Source: Eledone cirrhosa (taxonomy: Eukaryota). Taken from it: a stretch of 64,000 bases of DNA. This document shows positions 39,551 to 52,380 of this stretch, piece by piece (positions within the stretch are counted from its first letter, which is position 1; every line of letters begins with the position of its first letter). The translations under genes were made by a program, and so were the position numbers. The notes beneath the pieces were generated by a model, which saw only the letters and a program-made list of their open reading frames with translations, ran no database searches and was not told where the DNA came from. The stretch lies in the NCBI GenBank assembly GCA_964016885.1, contig OZ024743.1:24304001-24368000 (forward strand), written 5' to 3'.

Positions 39551-40012
39551 AAGGCTATATATTTCAGACAACACTAAGAGAATTTTAAAAGTGACTGTCC
39601 AGCTACACGTGGGAGAGAGACGTCACAGCGTGTTTAAGGGCAGTGAACCAAGTGGCCTCTGAGGGACGAGCTGCTAGAAAGGGCAGCCCAAAACCACTCA
39701 GAGAAGTGTGCTCAACCAAATAGAGAGATAGGAAAGACTGTTATAAGGAGCGAAATATTACGATAAATTAACGGAGCCATAGTCCCTCGCAATTCCCTGT
39801 AAATAATGTGCTAATGGTGAAGAAATCCTGAGCTCTTTAAAATACAATATGTTGAAAAGGTAACACACCAGAGAGAGATATACAGTGCGCTATCAATAAA
39901 ACAGGGAAAAAACCACCAGTGTATGGAATCTATAACCTATGAAAGGCAGACTATAGACACGATAATTAAAAATATAAATTAAAGCGTAAATAAATACCTC
40001 TATAACTATATA

Positions 40013-40092
40013 ACACACGAACAAATCCAAAGAGATGTTTCGCCAGTAATTTGTTGACAGAAATGGATTAACCTCGGTTCATCAGCGTGTGT
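40013..40092 (-). ncRNA. Type I hammerhead ribozyme (GUU site), second copy
   Basis: Same fold as 39471-39550. Confidence 0.65.
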
Positions 40093-40554
40093 AAGGCTAT
40101 ACATTTCAGACAACACTAAGAGAATTTTAAAAGTGACTTATCGGTATATATATATATTTTAAAAGTGATTTATCGGTATATATATATATATATTCTGTCA
40201 TTACCACAACAGAAGCCCAACGAGCTTTTAATTCCAGATCGAACCTTGAGTTGATTAATAGCGAAACGCGCATCACTGCTCAATAAACGTAATGTGAACC
40301 TCATGATTAAAGTTGATTTATTCCACATTTAAGTACGACAGTTTCTTAACAGCAAATTCAAACCAAATCTCAACACGCAAATTCAATGTATTTAAGATTA
40401 ACTATGAAGATCAGTAGGTATCAGCCTCTGAATAATATTTTTAATCTGACGTTGATGATGTTACCAGTATACATATTATGCTTTGGAAGTTACTGAAATA
40501 TGCGCGAAGAACACGCCATTCCTACCACTATTTAGAATAATACCGAAAAATACG

Positions 40555-40814
40555 GGCGCGAAATTTAATGTACTTGTTCACGTGACAGTCATATATAACC
40601 AATCAAATTACATTTATAAAAAAAATAGCCTTCGTGAGCCACCTTTTTTTAAGTAAGAAGAAATTCAGACACAAACTGGCGCGAAAGCTGATGTGCTTAT
40701 TCACCTGACTGCATCAATCAACCAAACTTCACTCATATATGAAGAAACAAACTGAGCGCCTCATTTTTTTGAAGCAAATATAATAAGAACTTTGTAACGC
40801 GAACTGGCGCTAAA
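40555..40814. promoter_or_regulatory. Candidate E2F/CCAAT/E-box motif cluster
   Basis: GGCGCGAAA at 40555 and 40678, GGCGCTAAA at 40806, CACGTG at 40579, CCAAT at 40599. Confidence 0.3.
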
Positions 40815-41121
40815 TTTATTATACTTATTCACCAACCAACCAAATTACTTCTCTAAAAACCTAGATATTCGAGCCACTTTTTTCCATATAAAACAGTAGT
40901 AACATTCAAACAACAACCACATGTGAGAAAAACCACAAACCCTCCATCTCAATTCTACTTTTGAAAAGCAGAAGAACTGCGAAACCGGTAAACGAACCAA
41001 ATAAATATATATTTTTATAAAAAAAGACTCGAGTTGCATTTTCAATTTCATCTTTTTACCTTATACTTTCATTCGTGTAGGACACCTCGGTTTTTTTTCA
41101 TTTTGTAAAAAAACCTCACTT

Positions 41122-41192
<71 letters not shown>

Positions 41193-41919
41193 CATACATA
41201 CGTGTGTGTGTGTGTTCAAAGCAATGTTGGACCTTCGCCGGTCGAAACGACGAATGTTCCAGTTGTAAAAAAAATAGAACAGCCTACTCTGGAAATTAGT
41301 GAGTATGTCGCTGAGCATGCCACAGACGCGTGTGCATTTAATTTAGTTCTCATCGATATTCCGTCCTTTAAATTACTTAATTTTGCCAGCTGAGTGGACT
41401 GAAACAACGTGAAATATAGTATCTCGCTCAAGGACATAATTTGGCGACAAAAATCGAAGCCATGAGTTAACGATTGGATAACATCGGTGGCATGGAGAGA
41501 GGAAATGTATGCTGGTCTTCCGCAAAAACACCACATCCTATCGTATAATAATATCTACTTTCCTTGAATATGTAATACCATATTTGATAATGGGTTTTCT
41601 ATAGTTAATTAGTAGCATTCCATCCACACACACACATATATATATATATATATAAACGACGGAAAGCCATTACATTATTTACCTCTGAGGTGAATAATGT
41701 AATGGAGATCGAGTGACGCAACTTCAAGCGATTAGCGACCTCTAGACTCACCTGATCAATGAAACAATTGTCAATACCTGAAATAAAGCCCCTTAGTGTA
41801 CAGTCAACCATGTTACTCTTCATTCTTTCATTATATAAATATATATATATATATATATAAAGTACTTAATTTATATATATATATAAAATATACTAAATAT
41901 ATATATATATATTAAGTAT

Positions 41920-42009
<90 letters not shown>

Positions 42010-42217
42010 TAAGTACTTTTTTATATGCGTAAATTCTCACTTAAAATAAGTAGAAAATGGTGTACATCCTATTTCCTTAATTCTGAAATCCTTTTGTCTT
42101 CAAAGAATGTAAAATACTTATTATGTGGTTTAAAAGATCTACACTTAGACGAATATGCCTAACTTTGTAATATGTATAAGAAAAAACGATATAAAAATAA
42201 TGTAACGTACATACATA

Positions 42218-42683
42218 CATGGTGGCTCCCAACTCGTTTTCGAGTACGGCCACTACTTTATATCCATGTAGGAGAACCCCTACTGATGCGTTGAACGATT
42301 GTGACTTTTTAGAGTCCAGCCAGCGACTTGAAAACTCTGGTACAAACACTACACTTGTGACAATTATTGACACATAGTGCTGGGCCCATGGTACACTGTG
42401 ATGACAAGTGCAGAGAGATCTCCAGATATAAAGCAATGCCTGTGCCGTGAAGCTTTTATAGTGAACAAAGGCACTGCACAAAGCCAGTCCCACTCTCTTA
42501 ACCAAGATGATATTGACCAAAAAGAAGAACAAGTCAACATCATTGGATACCATCAGGGTTGCAGGTGTTAGATCACCGTTTTCCTTCTCCTAGAATTCTA
42601 CCTTGACAAAGGCTAAGGGGTCATCTCTCCCGGTGATTTTGGATGGCCATTGACTCTTAGAACTCCTTTGCCCTTTGACAGGT
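42218..42683 (-). mobile_element. Non-autonomous RTE-derived element, 5'-truncated
   Basis: Reverse complement of 45412-46021. Confidence 0.85.
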
Positions 42684-42804
42684 ATATATGTATGTGAATA
42701 TATGTATGTGTATATATGTATGTATGTGTATGTATGTATGTATGTATGTATGTATATATATATGTATATACATACATATATATATATACATACATATATA
42801 TATG

Positions 42805-42853
<49 letters not shown>

Positions 42854-42907
42854 GTATGTATATATATATATATATATATGTATGTATACATATATGTATG
42901 TATATAT

Positions 42908-43480
42908 GTCAGGTCACCAGTTGGTGCTACTGGTAACATGTATCCCAGTACAACCTGTCTCATGGTCGGGTCGTTGGCGACTAAACTGGCAACTCCACCA
43001 AGGTTTCTTGGTGGGGTTGCCAGTCAAAGGGCAAAGGAGCTCTTAAGAGTCAATGGCCATCCAAAATCACCGGGATAGATGACCCCTTAGCCTTTGTCAA
43101 GGTAGAATTCTAGGAGAAGGAAAACGGTGATCTAACACCTGCAACCCTGATGGTATCCAATGATGTTGACTTGTTCTTCTTTTTGGTAAATATCATCTTG
43201 GTTAAGAGAGTGGGACTGGCTCTGTGCAGTGCCTTTGCTCACTATAAAAGCTTCACGGCACAGGCATTGCTTTATATCTGGAGATCTCTCTGCACTTGTC
43301 GTCACATGGTACCATGGGCCCAGCACTATGTATCAATAATTGTCACAGGTGTAGTGTTTGTACCAGTTTTCAAGTCGCTGGCTGGACTAAAAGGTCACAC
43401 TCGTTCAGCGCATCGGTATGGGTTCTCCTACATGGATATAAAGTAGTGGCCGTACTCGAAAACGAGTTGGGAGCCAACAT
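42908..43480 (+). mobile_element. Non-autonomous RTE-derived element; an extra 5' piece lies at 43535-43676
   Basis: Matches 45412-46021. Confidence 0.85.
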
Positions 43481-43756
43481 ATATATATGTATGTATGTAT
43501 ATATGCATGTATGTAGATATGTATGTGTATATATGTCAGGTCACCAGTTGGTGCTACTGGTAACATGTATTCCAGTACAACCTGTCCCATGGTCGGGTCT
43601 TTGGCGACTAAACTGGCAACCCCCCAAGGTTTCTTGGTGAGGAAGGTGACTTTAGACATCCTGCAGGACTAAAAACATACATACATACATACATACATAC
43701 ATACATACATACATACATACATACATGCATACATACATACATACATACATACATAC

Positions 43757-43799
<43 letters not shown>

Positions 43800-43845
43800 C
43801 ATGCATATATGCATACATACATATATGCATACATACTTACATGTG

Positions 43846-43888
<43 letters not shown>

Positions 43889-44254
43889 GTGTGTGTGTTT
43901 TTATGTGTGTGTGTGTGTTTGTTTGTGTGTAGTTTGTGTGTGTGTATGTATGTGTGTGTATAACCATTGACTTTACTTTTGCTCTTTTTTCATCCAGAAG
44001 TGTTTTACTCTATTGTTTTAATAGCAGTGGTTTGCAGAGAAAATTATTGATGGCTTTTGTATACATTCTCCTTGGCAGGTGAGCATATGTACGTTTACAA
44101 TTTCAATGTATAGTTACTAAACATTTACTTGATACCAACCGAAACTGTTGTTCATGATTATACTATCTGTACATGGATGCACAATGTAATTTGTGACACG
44201 TGCATAATATATATCCACTCACACAAACACAACGGTGCACGTACGTGCAAAAAC

Positions 44255-44314
<60 letters not shown>

Positions 44315-44476
44315 TGACGATATCAGTCTATGGGACTATTGTACAAATACTGTGTTTGTACATGATTTCCTACATCGGCGAGTCGAAGGAAAATCGTTTT
44401 CCTTGGCCAGCGGGTGATTTTCTGCTACTGTATGTGTGTATATACGTTTTGTAATGTCTCTCTTATATATATATAT

Positions 44477-45157
44477 AAATATAATTTCAGTGAGATCGTA
44501 TTTCGGTGGTGGCCAAAAACAAAACGAAACGCAATCTTCGAGATATGCGGCAAGCGCTCAATGGACTAAAAGAAGACCAGAGCAATTAACATACGTTACA
44601 GAGGCCAGGCAAAATGCAAACAGTGGTTGTGAAGCCATCAACCACCGGAGCCAAAAAAACGAAGCGAGCTAAACAGGTTAACAAAACAATTTACCTGGAC
44701 CTCCTGGAAATTGTTGGTGGAATCCAGTGGGCGGTTTCTGTGACTTCTAAATAAATTATACTGCCTGCTTTCGTTGTAAGCTTTTGGTATAACGATCGAA
44801 CAAGGCAGCCATTTCGTCAACAGGTATTTTGTTTTCAGCCGGCTAGCGGGTTCCAATGCAGTAGTATTGGTGGAGTGACTACCCCACGTGTTTACCCTGC
44901 AAGGGAGGTAACCCCGGTTTTTGGCGGATGCATTCAAAATGTGTAAATATATTTCAAAAATTGCAAAAAACTGCACAAATCAAAGTATGCTCTCGACGTG
45001 GCTGTTTTTAAATAAATTTAAGCAATTAATTAGTCAATAGAATTGTCTAATTGAATTAACTAATTAATTGCTAGGGCCCGGGAGATTAATACAAATATAA
45101 TTTCAGCGAGATCGTATTTCGGCGGTGGCCAAAAACAAAACGAAACGCAATCTTCGA

Positions 45158-45158
<1 letters not shown>
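44477..45158. mobile_element. Unclassified element bounded by 66-bp direct repeats (616-bp period), TA-flanked
   Basis: aaatataatttcag.gagatcgtatttcgg.ggtggcc...tcttcgag at 44477 and 45093. Confidence 0.6.
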
Positions 45159-45237
<79 letters not shown>

Positions 45238-45367
45238 TCTCTTACTCTTTTACTCTTTTACCTGTTCCAGCCATCTGGCTGAGGCCATGCTGGGGCAACG
45301 CCCTTGTTGCTACACATTTTATCTCCAGCCTGTATTGGTTGGCCACTGGTGCAATATTTACATATAT

Positions 45368-45411
<44 letters not shown>

Positions 45412-45414
<3 letters not shown>

Positions 45415-46019
45415 AGGTCACCAGTTGGTGCTACTGGTAACATGTATCCCAGTACAACCTGTCTCATGGTCGGGTCGTTGGCGACTAAACTGGCAACCCC
45501 ACCAAGGTTTCTTGGTGAGGAGGGTGATTTTGGACATCCTGCAGGACTAAAAACAAAACCTGTCAAAGGGCAAAGGAGCTCTTAAGAGTCAATGGCCATC
45601 CAGAATCACCGGGAGAGATGACCCCTTAGCCTTTGTCAAGGCAGAATTCTAGGAGAAGGAAAACTCTGATATAACACCTGCAACCCTGATGGTATCCAAT
45701 GATGTTGACTTGTTCTTCTTTTTGGTAAATATCATCTTGGTTAAGAGAGTGGGACTGGCTTTGTGCAGTGCCTTTGCTCACTATAAAAGCTTCACGGCAC
45801 AGGCATTGCTTTATATCTGGAGATCTCTCTGCACTTGTCCTCACATGGTACCATGGCCCCAGCACTATGTGTCAATAATTGTCACAAGTGTAGTGTTTGT
45901 ACCAGAGTTTTCAAGTCGCTGGCTGGACTAAAAAGTCACACTCGTTCAGCGCTTCGGTAGGGGTTCTCCTACATGGATATAAAGTAGTGGCCGTACTCGA
46001 AAACGAGTTGGCAGCCACC

Positions 46020-46021
<2 letters not shown>
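45412..46021 (+). mobile_element. Full-length (~610 bp) non-autonomous RTE-derived retroelement
   Basis: 3' part retains HKCSVCTRVFKSLAGLKSHTR and a terminal hairpin matching the RTE at 5371-6410. Confidence 0.85.
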
Positions 46022-46054
<33 letters not shown>

Positions 46055-46743
46055 TCGCTATTTCAGAGCACCAATACTTATATATATATATATATATACC
46101 CCATTGGTAGATGACAATATGTCTATTGTGTGCAATTGTTACATAATATAATGTTATAGTTGTTACACTTTTGATAGTAAAAGCTATTTAATGACGTTTT
46201 TCCTCAAATACAAAATTAGCGCTTCTTTTCCTATTTCGTAATAAACAGCCAAGGTGGTTTCTATAACAGACCACTAAAGTAAAGGTTGTGTCTGCTGCTG
46301 CTCTCCCCGTTGTTGACACTGTATCACCAACCTCAACTCCGCAAAAATAATCACTTTCAACCGTAACACTTTTAATGTTACTACAAACAAACTAATTTGA
46401 TTTCCGTGGGAGTTGACGATGGTGATTCTTTTTCGATCAACTGGAACTGTTTCCTCATTGGATTAACAAATAAGTAGCTGATAAGTACCCAGATGCTTGT
46501 ACCCTTATAATTTCCAGGCGGAATCAGCTTGACACCATATGTGACAAGGCCGACTTAGTGAATTACAAATATAAGCAATCTGCTGTTCTTCCAAATAGTT
46601 TCTGTCTACTATTTTCACTCAAAATGCTTGAGTCGCTACAAAGTTATGGTAAAACAACTTTTCTCCAAGAAGCCAGACAGTTTGATGGAAGCCAGGACAT
46701 CACGTATTGAGCTCAGAACATAAAGAGACATAGTACTAATAAT

Positions 46744-47125
46744 AATTGTTTCTACTTTTGGCACAAGGCCAATAATTACCAGTACATTACTGGTACTTTA
46801 TTTTATCCACCCCGTAAGGATGAAAGGCAAAGTTAATCTCGGCGGGATTTGAACTCAGATCATAAAGGGACGTCACTCTAAGCTGGAAAGCATGGCGCCA
46901 GACCCTCTACCGATACTGCCAAATAATGGTTTCTAATTTAGCCACAAGAGAGAGGGTTAAGTCGATTAAATCAAACTCGGTACTTGAATGGTACTTTATC
47001 TTATCGACCTATTAAGATAGAAAGACAAGGTTAACTTCTATGGGATTGGAACTCAGAAAGTAAAGAGCCGTGATAGATCCAGAAAAGAATGTTATCAGCC
47101 TTTCTAACGATTCTATCAATCCACA
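46744..47125 (-). mobile_element. Two adjacent SINE family 1 copies (young 46744-46922, older 46925-47125)
   Basis: Core and B-box on the minus strand. Confidence 0.8.
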
Positions 47126-47389
47126 GCTCTCATATTGCCGATAATAATACTAACAAAAACCAAAATCATTTTTAATCATCATCACCAACATCAACACAAT
47201 CATCAACATCATCAGCATTATGAACATCATCATCACCATCAACATCATCATCATCAACATCATCATCCTCATCATTATCATCAACATCATCATCAACATC
47301 ATCATCATCACCATCACCAGCATCATCATCACCAGCATCATCAACATCATCACCAACAAAATCATCACCAACATCATCACCATCATCAC

Positions 47390-47425
<36 letters not shown>

Positions 47426-47741
47426 AAACATCATTATATCTATTGAAGTGTTATTCGTGCATTTCAAGGAATATCTCAAGTCTCTAACGCTGGATCCCCC
47501 ACCCATCAAAAAAAAAAGGAAAGAAAGAAATAACAGGCATAAACTTGTTTTTTAAGTTAATGTCATATACAGACATGCTAGCACAACAACAACAATAACA
47601 ACAACAATAATAGACTATAGAGGGGGAGGAGGTGGAGGATAGTTGGTTGGGTGGCTCATTCGCTGGCTGGTTCCTTCAAGATGGCCTCAGTCACGGATAT
47701 TGAATTTAAGTTGTCTAGCTTTTGTTTTCTTTTAGCTCGTT

Positions 47742-47780
<39 letters not shown>

Positions 47781-48343
47781 CTTAGTTACTTCGTTTACTT
47801 TGTTTAGTCCTTTCTATTTTTCTTTCTTTGTTCGTTTTTTTTTCGTTGTTTTCGTTGTTTCAATGATTTGTTCATGGTGTTGTTTCGTGTGGTTGTTGTT
47901 GTTGGTGCTGTGTCCTCGTTGAGGTATTGTGAAGAAGAAGGAGGAGGAAGAGGAGAAGAAGAAGAAGAAGAAGAAGAAGAAGAAGAAGGAGGAGGGGGGA
48001 GGAGGAGGAGGAGGAGGAGGAGAAGAAGAAGAAGAAGAAGAAGAAGGGTAATACAGACGACAACGACGAGGAGAAAGCAGCAGAAGAAATACAGAAACAA
48101 AATGCTTCCTATGGTGGTAGGAGGCTAATTTTAAAGAAAAAGCCGTGGCTGTCAGACCGTAAAAAACACAATTAAGTGAAAATGACTCTCAACGAGTAAA
48201 ACGAACAAACACTTTACTTAGGGCATCACTCTACACGTTATAACGTTAGCGACTTGCGTGTGTCTTTTACACTAGCTAGCTGAAATACATTCTCTCCTCT
48301 CTCTCTCTCTCCCTTATCTCTCCTCCCCTCTCCTCCCTCATCT

Positions 48344-48375
<32 letters not shown>

Positions 48376-48646
48376 TTTTTTCTTTCTTTTTATATATGTA
48401 TGTGTGTGTGAGTGTGTGAGCGCGTGTTTCTGTATATATATGCATAAAATGTTTCTATGTATACATATTAAAATATATTAATAATAAAGATATATCGAGC
48501 AGTAACGAAATATATTTTACTAAAATATTACACACTAATACACATATACTACTAATCAAATTAAAGTTATAGTTATACAACTAGCGCATACAAGTTTAAT
48601 AATACTTATTAGAAAATTAACATTAATAGAATATATTCAGAAAAAT

Positions 48647-48831
48647 AATTGTTTCTACTTTTAGGCACAAGGCCAGCAATAACCCAGTGCATTACTGGTA
48701 CTTTATTTTATCGACCCCGTAAGGTTGACAGGCAAAGTCACCCTCGGCGGAATTTGAACCCAGATCGTAAAGGGACGTAACTATGCTGGAAAGCATGGCG
48801 TCCGACCCTCTACCGATACTGCCAATCCACC
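48647..48831 (-). mobile_element. SINE family 1 with TSD attcagaaaaataat
   Basis: Motifs plus flanking direct repeat. Confidence 0.9.
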
Positions 48832-48972
48832 AATTCAGAAAAATAATACAAAATTTATGTAAGCTTAATTCAGTAATAAATATATTAATAACTCTATCAA
48901 TAATTCTGAGAAGATCTAGTTACATTTCGGATTTCTGTGATTCTCTAATCGACGGGTATTAATAAATATTAA

Positions 48973-49356
48973 GGGCGGTGGATTGGCAGTATCGGTAGAG
49001 GGTCGGACGCCATGCTTTCCAGCATAGTTACGTCCCTTTACGATCTGAGTTCAAATCCCGCCGAGGTTGACTTTGCTTTTCATCCTTACGGGGTGGATAA
49101 AATAATGTACCAGTAATGCACTGGTTAATTGCTGGCCTTGTGCCTAAAGTAGAAACAATTAATAAATATTAAGGATTGGCAGTATCGGTAGAGGGTCGGA
49201 CGCCATGCTTTAACGCATAGAGTTACGGTCCTTGCCATTCTGAGTTCAAATCCCGCCGAGGTTAACTTTGTCTTTCATCCTTTCGGGGTCGATAAAATAA
49301 AGTACCAGTAATACACTGGTTATTTGCTGGCCTTGTGCCAAATGTAGAAACAATTA
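48973..49356 (+). mobile_element. Two tandem SINE family 1 copies (48973-49160, 49173-49356)
   Basis: First copy is flanked by the direct repeat attaataaatattaagg. Confidence 0.9.
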
Positions 49357-49532
49357 ATGTTATTTAATAGATTCCGAAGAGATAAATACAGCAGGAATGA
49401 ATATTCCTGTTATGATAATCGAAACGGTCATCCATCAATTAAATGATTTAATTTAATTCTTGGTATTCTTTATTCATTTACATATACACACACACTCACT
49501 CACACACACACAGAGAAGCATATGTGTGTATA

Positions 49533-49563
<31 letters not shown>

Positions 49564-49606
49564 CAATGATATTAATAAATGGAAACTATAATTATACAAC
49601 CATATT

Positions 49607-49668
49607 TATTTTATTATATATATTTCAAGGGTACCAACAATTTTGGTACGCCCTCATCAGATAAAATA
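49607..49668 (-). ncRNA. Type I hammerhead ribozyme (family E)
   Basis: tattttat CTGATGA ggg-c-gtaccaa-aattg-ttggtac-c-ctt GAAA tatata TA ataaaata. Confidence 0.85.
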
Positions 49669-49741
49669 CAAAATTTGTTTTATAAATAGTGACATACCCC
49701 AGAAACCAGACCTTATCGGTTCAGGTTCCGTTTGGGTAGTC

Positions 49742-49776
<35 letters not shown>

Positions 49777-50220
49777 CACGCGTGTGTGTGTGTGTGTGTC
49801 GGGTTCAGTCGGGGGTAACCACAGTAATTAAGGTACTCAATACATAGCACAGTATAAATATTTAATATATAAATGGCTTCTCCAGGACTAGAACTGTTTC
49901 CTGGTGATTTCCTTCGAATGAAACAGTTAGGAAATTACAAGTACAATCCAGTAATGGAACAGTAAAAATATTTTAAAACATTCCAAAAATGTTGCATCTA
50001 ATAATTGCATACACATATGTACAGATACAAAACATATACACATGCACACATATAACTCAAAACATCTACATCCACACCTACTATAACATCCATACTTACA
50101 CATGCATGCAGACATGCATATCTACCTAGTTGATGTTGTGTAAATTCCAATGAGAGTCTTGTGTCTATGTTAGAAACCGACTCTCTATTGGACAAACTTT
50201 GTGAAATTATAAAACCAGAA

Positions 50221-50288
<68 letters not shown>

Positions 50289-50304
50289 ATGTGTGTGTGT
50301 GTAC

Positions 50305-50343
<39 letters not shown>

Positions 50344-50617
50344 CAGTAGCACGTAGAAATTGTTAGACATTATAAGGGTATATATGAAAGCATACTCTGT
50401 ATGTTTATATGTATACAATAAATATATGTGATCCTCGCTATCAAAGAAAACATATATTCGTGTATAACTGTGTGTGCTACTGTATAAGGTGGATAAGATA
50501 TTGGGGCTGTTGGATGATAATAGTTGAAAAACATATCTCCCCATGCATTGAGTACTACGATGGTTAGTAGTTTCCCTGATCTCAGCACCGCAGATTCTCT
50601 CTCTCTCTCTCTCTTAC

Positions 50618-50700
<83 letters not shown>

Positions 50701-50703
<3 letters not shown>

Positions 50704-50920
50704 TAAACGGAATAGAAAATGCTGACAAATTGTTCACAGTTGAAAAATGGTTTAATTAGGAATAAAAGAGTATTAGTGATTGTATGGGTTAGTATTCAGT
50801 TGTGGTTTTAAGTAACCACAACTGAATACTAACCCATACAATCACTAATACTCTTTTATTCCTAATTAAACCATTTTTCATCTGTGAACAATTTGTCAGC
50901 ATTTTCTATTCCGTTTACCA
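50701..50920. repeat. Palindrome with 107-bp arms and a 6-nt loop
   Basis: One mismatch seen; TA tract on the left. Confidence 0.92.
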
Positions 50921-50956
50921 ATATATAATAACTTGTGTGTTACACCTCTATTCTTT

Positions 50957-50991
<35 letters not shown>

Positions 50992-51245
50992 CTCGAGAGT
51001 AGCCCATAGGAGAGACTGAGGTTATCTGGACATGCTCACCGATATCCAGAGTTGACACTGCACTCAGTACTCCTGTGGGAGCCCCTGCATGGGTACACTG
51101 GAAGTGGAAGACCAAGGTTAACATATGTTGATGCCTTAAGGACAGACACTTGTCTCTTGGAGACGTAGGACATGGCAGCGATAACGAGGGACAGAGACCG
51201 CTCGAGAAAACTCGTCGATGGATCTCGGGAATTCTACCCGCCCTA
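50992..51245 (+). mobile_element. RTE/RTE-X 3' end, same family as 37117-37694
   Basis: gagactgaggtta.ctggacatgctcacc...ggatctcgggaatt; TA-flanked. Confidence 0.8.
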
Positions 51246-51262
51246 GACATATATATATGTAA

Positions 51263-51345
<83 letters not shown>

Positions 51346-51787
51346 CACACACACACACACACACACATACACACACACACACATACACACACATATATAT
51401 ATATCATTGTGATCCTGTCTCTATTTGTACTCCTGAAGAAGGGCTTGAGGCTCAACACGTCGAACTCATTTCCTCTTTCCAATATAAAGCGTGAAACAAA
51501 TAAGATTTGTGCTTTTGTTTGTTGTCACTTTGAACTTCATATGTACATATATGTGTGTATGTGTGCGCGTGCGAGTATGTGCTTATGCATATATGCTTAT
51601 ATATACATATATATATATATATAAGGTAATAATAATAAATTTGAAGACTAAAATCCAAAGAGGGCTCGAAAGGATAAATATATATCAAATATATAAGAAC
51701 CGTAGAGCAAATATTTATTAAAATAATAGATTAAAGTTTAAGCAAAGAATCGCTGCTTTCACCCTTAACGGGATCTTTGTGTGTGTG

Positions 51788-51834
<47 letters not shown>

Positions 51835-51849
51835 CGCGCGCGTGTGTGT

Positions 51850-51906
<57 letters not shown>

Positions 51907-52380
51907 CGTGTGCGTCTGTGTATCATTTATGTTAGGTTGTTTCCTAATGGGTAGAATTGGGGGTTCTGGTTGGCAACACATGATGCAACAAATTGATTAA
52001 AGCACTCAACGTTATGTAAGACATCCATCATAGATGTGGTATCCAGTGGTTGGTGCAGGAATGGAATAAAGTATTCATTAAACAACAACAGAAGGCCGGA
52101 CTGGAAAATTTACTTTAGAATTTAAATTTCGCGAAATCACTAGCTATATGTCGATGACAAGCTCAATTATCCGAGTATGATGCAGGAGAAAACGATCTCA
52201 TCAGATGTCCTCTGCAGAGTTATGTAACAGGATTGCGTTGAATCCAAACGTATAATGGTTGATAAGGGAAAAGAAAATAGAAAATTCGATTGGAGGACAA
52301 CCTGCGGATATGGTGTTATATAGATAACAGACGGTCCCATATCATATGTTTGGTCCTTTTTATTATTATTATTATTGGAA

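Larger units (their letters stand above)
39307..40138 (-). mobile_element. Retrozyme-like element: ~290-bp direct repeats, ~540-bp period, one HHR per repeat
   Basis: 39307-39596 matches 39842-40138; non-coding spacer; TA-tract flanks. Confidence 0.75.

Noticed and set aside
45412-45500. HDV-like ribozyme at the 5' end of the RTE derivative (ccagt...CTAA actgg)
   Set aside because: RTE 5' ends can carry HDV-like ribozymes, but I could not fit P1, P3 and L3 by eye; a descriptor search is needed
51430-51465. HHR-like ctcCTGAAGAagggcttgaggctcaacacgtcg, and similar remnants near 41230 and 57835-57885
   Set aside because: Core or stems too degraded to call a ribozyme; probably dead pLTR relics
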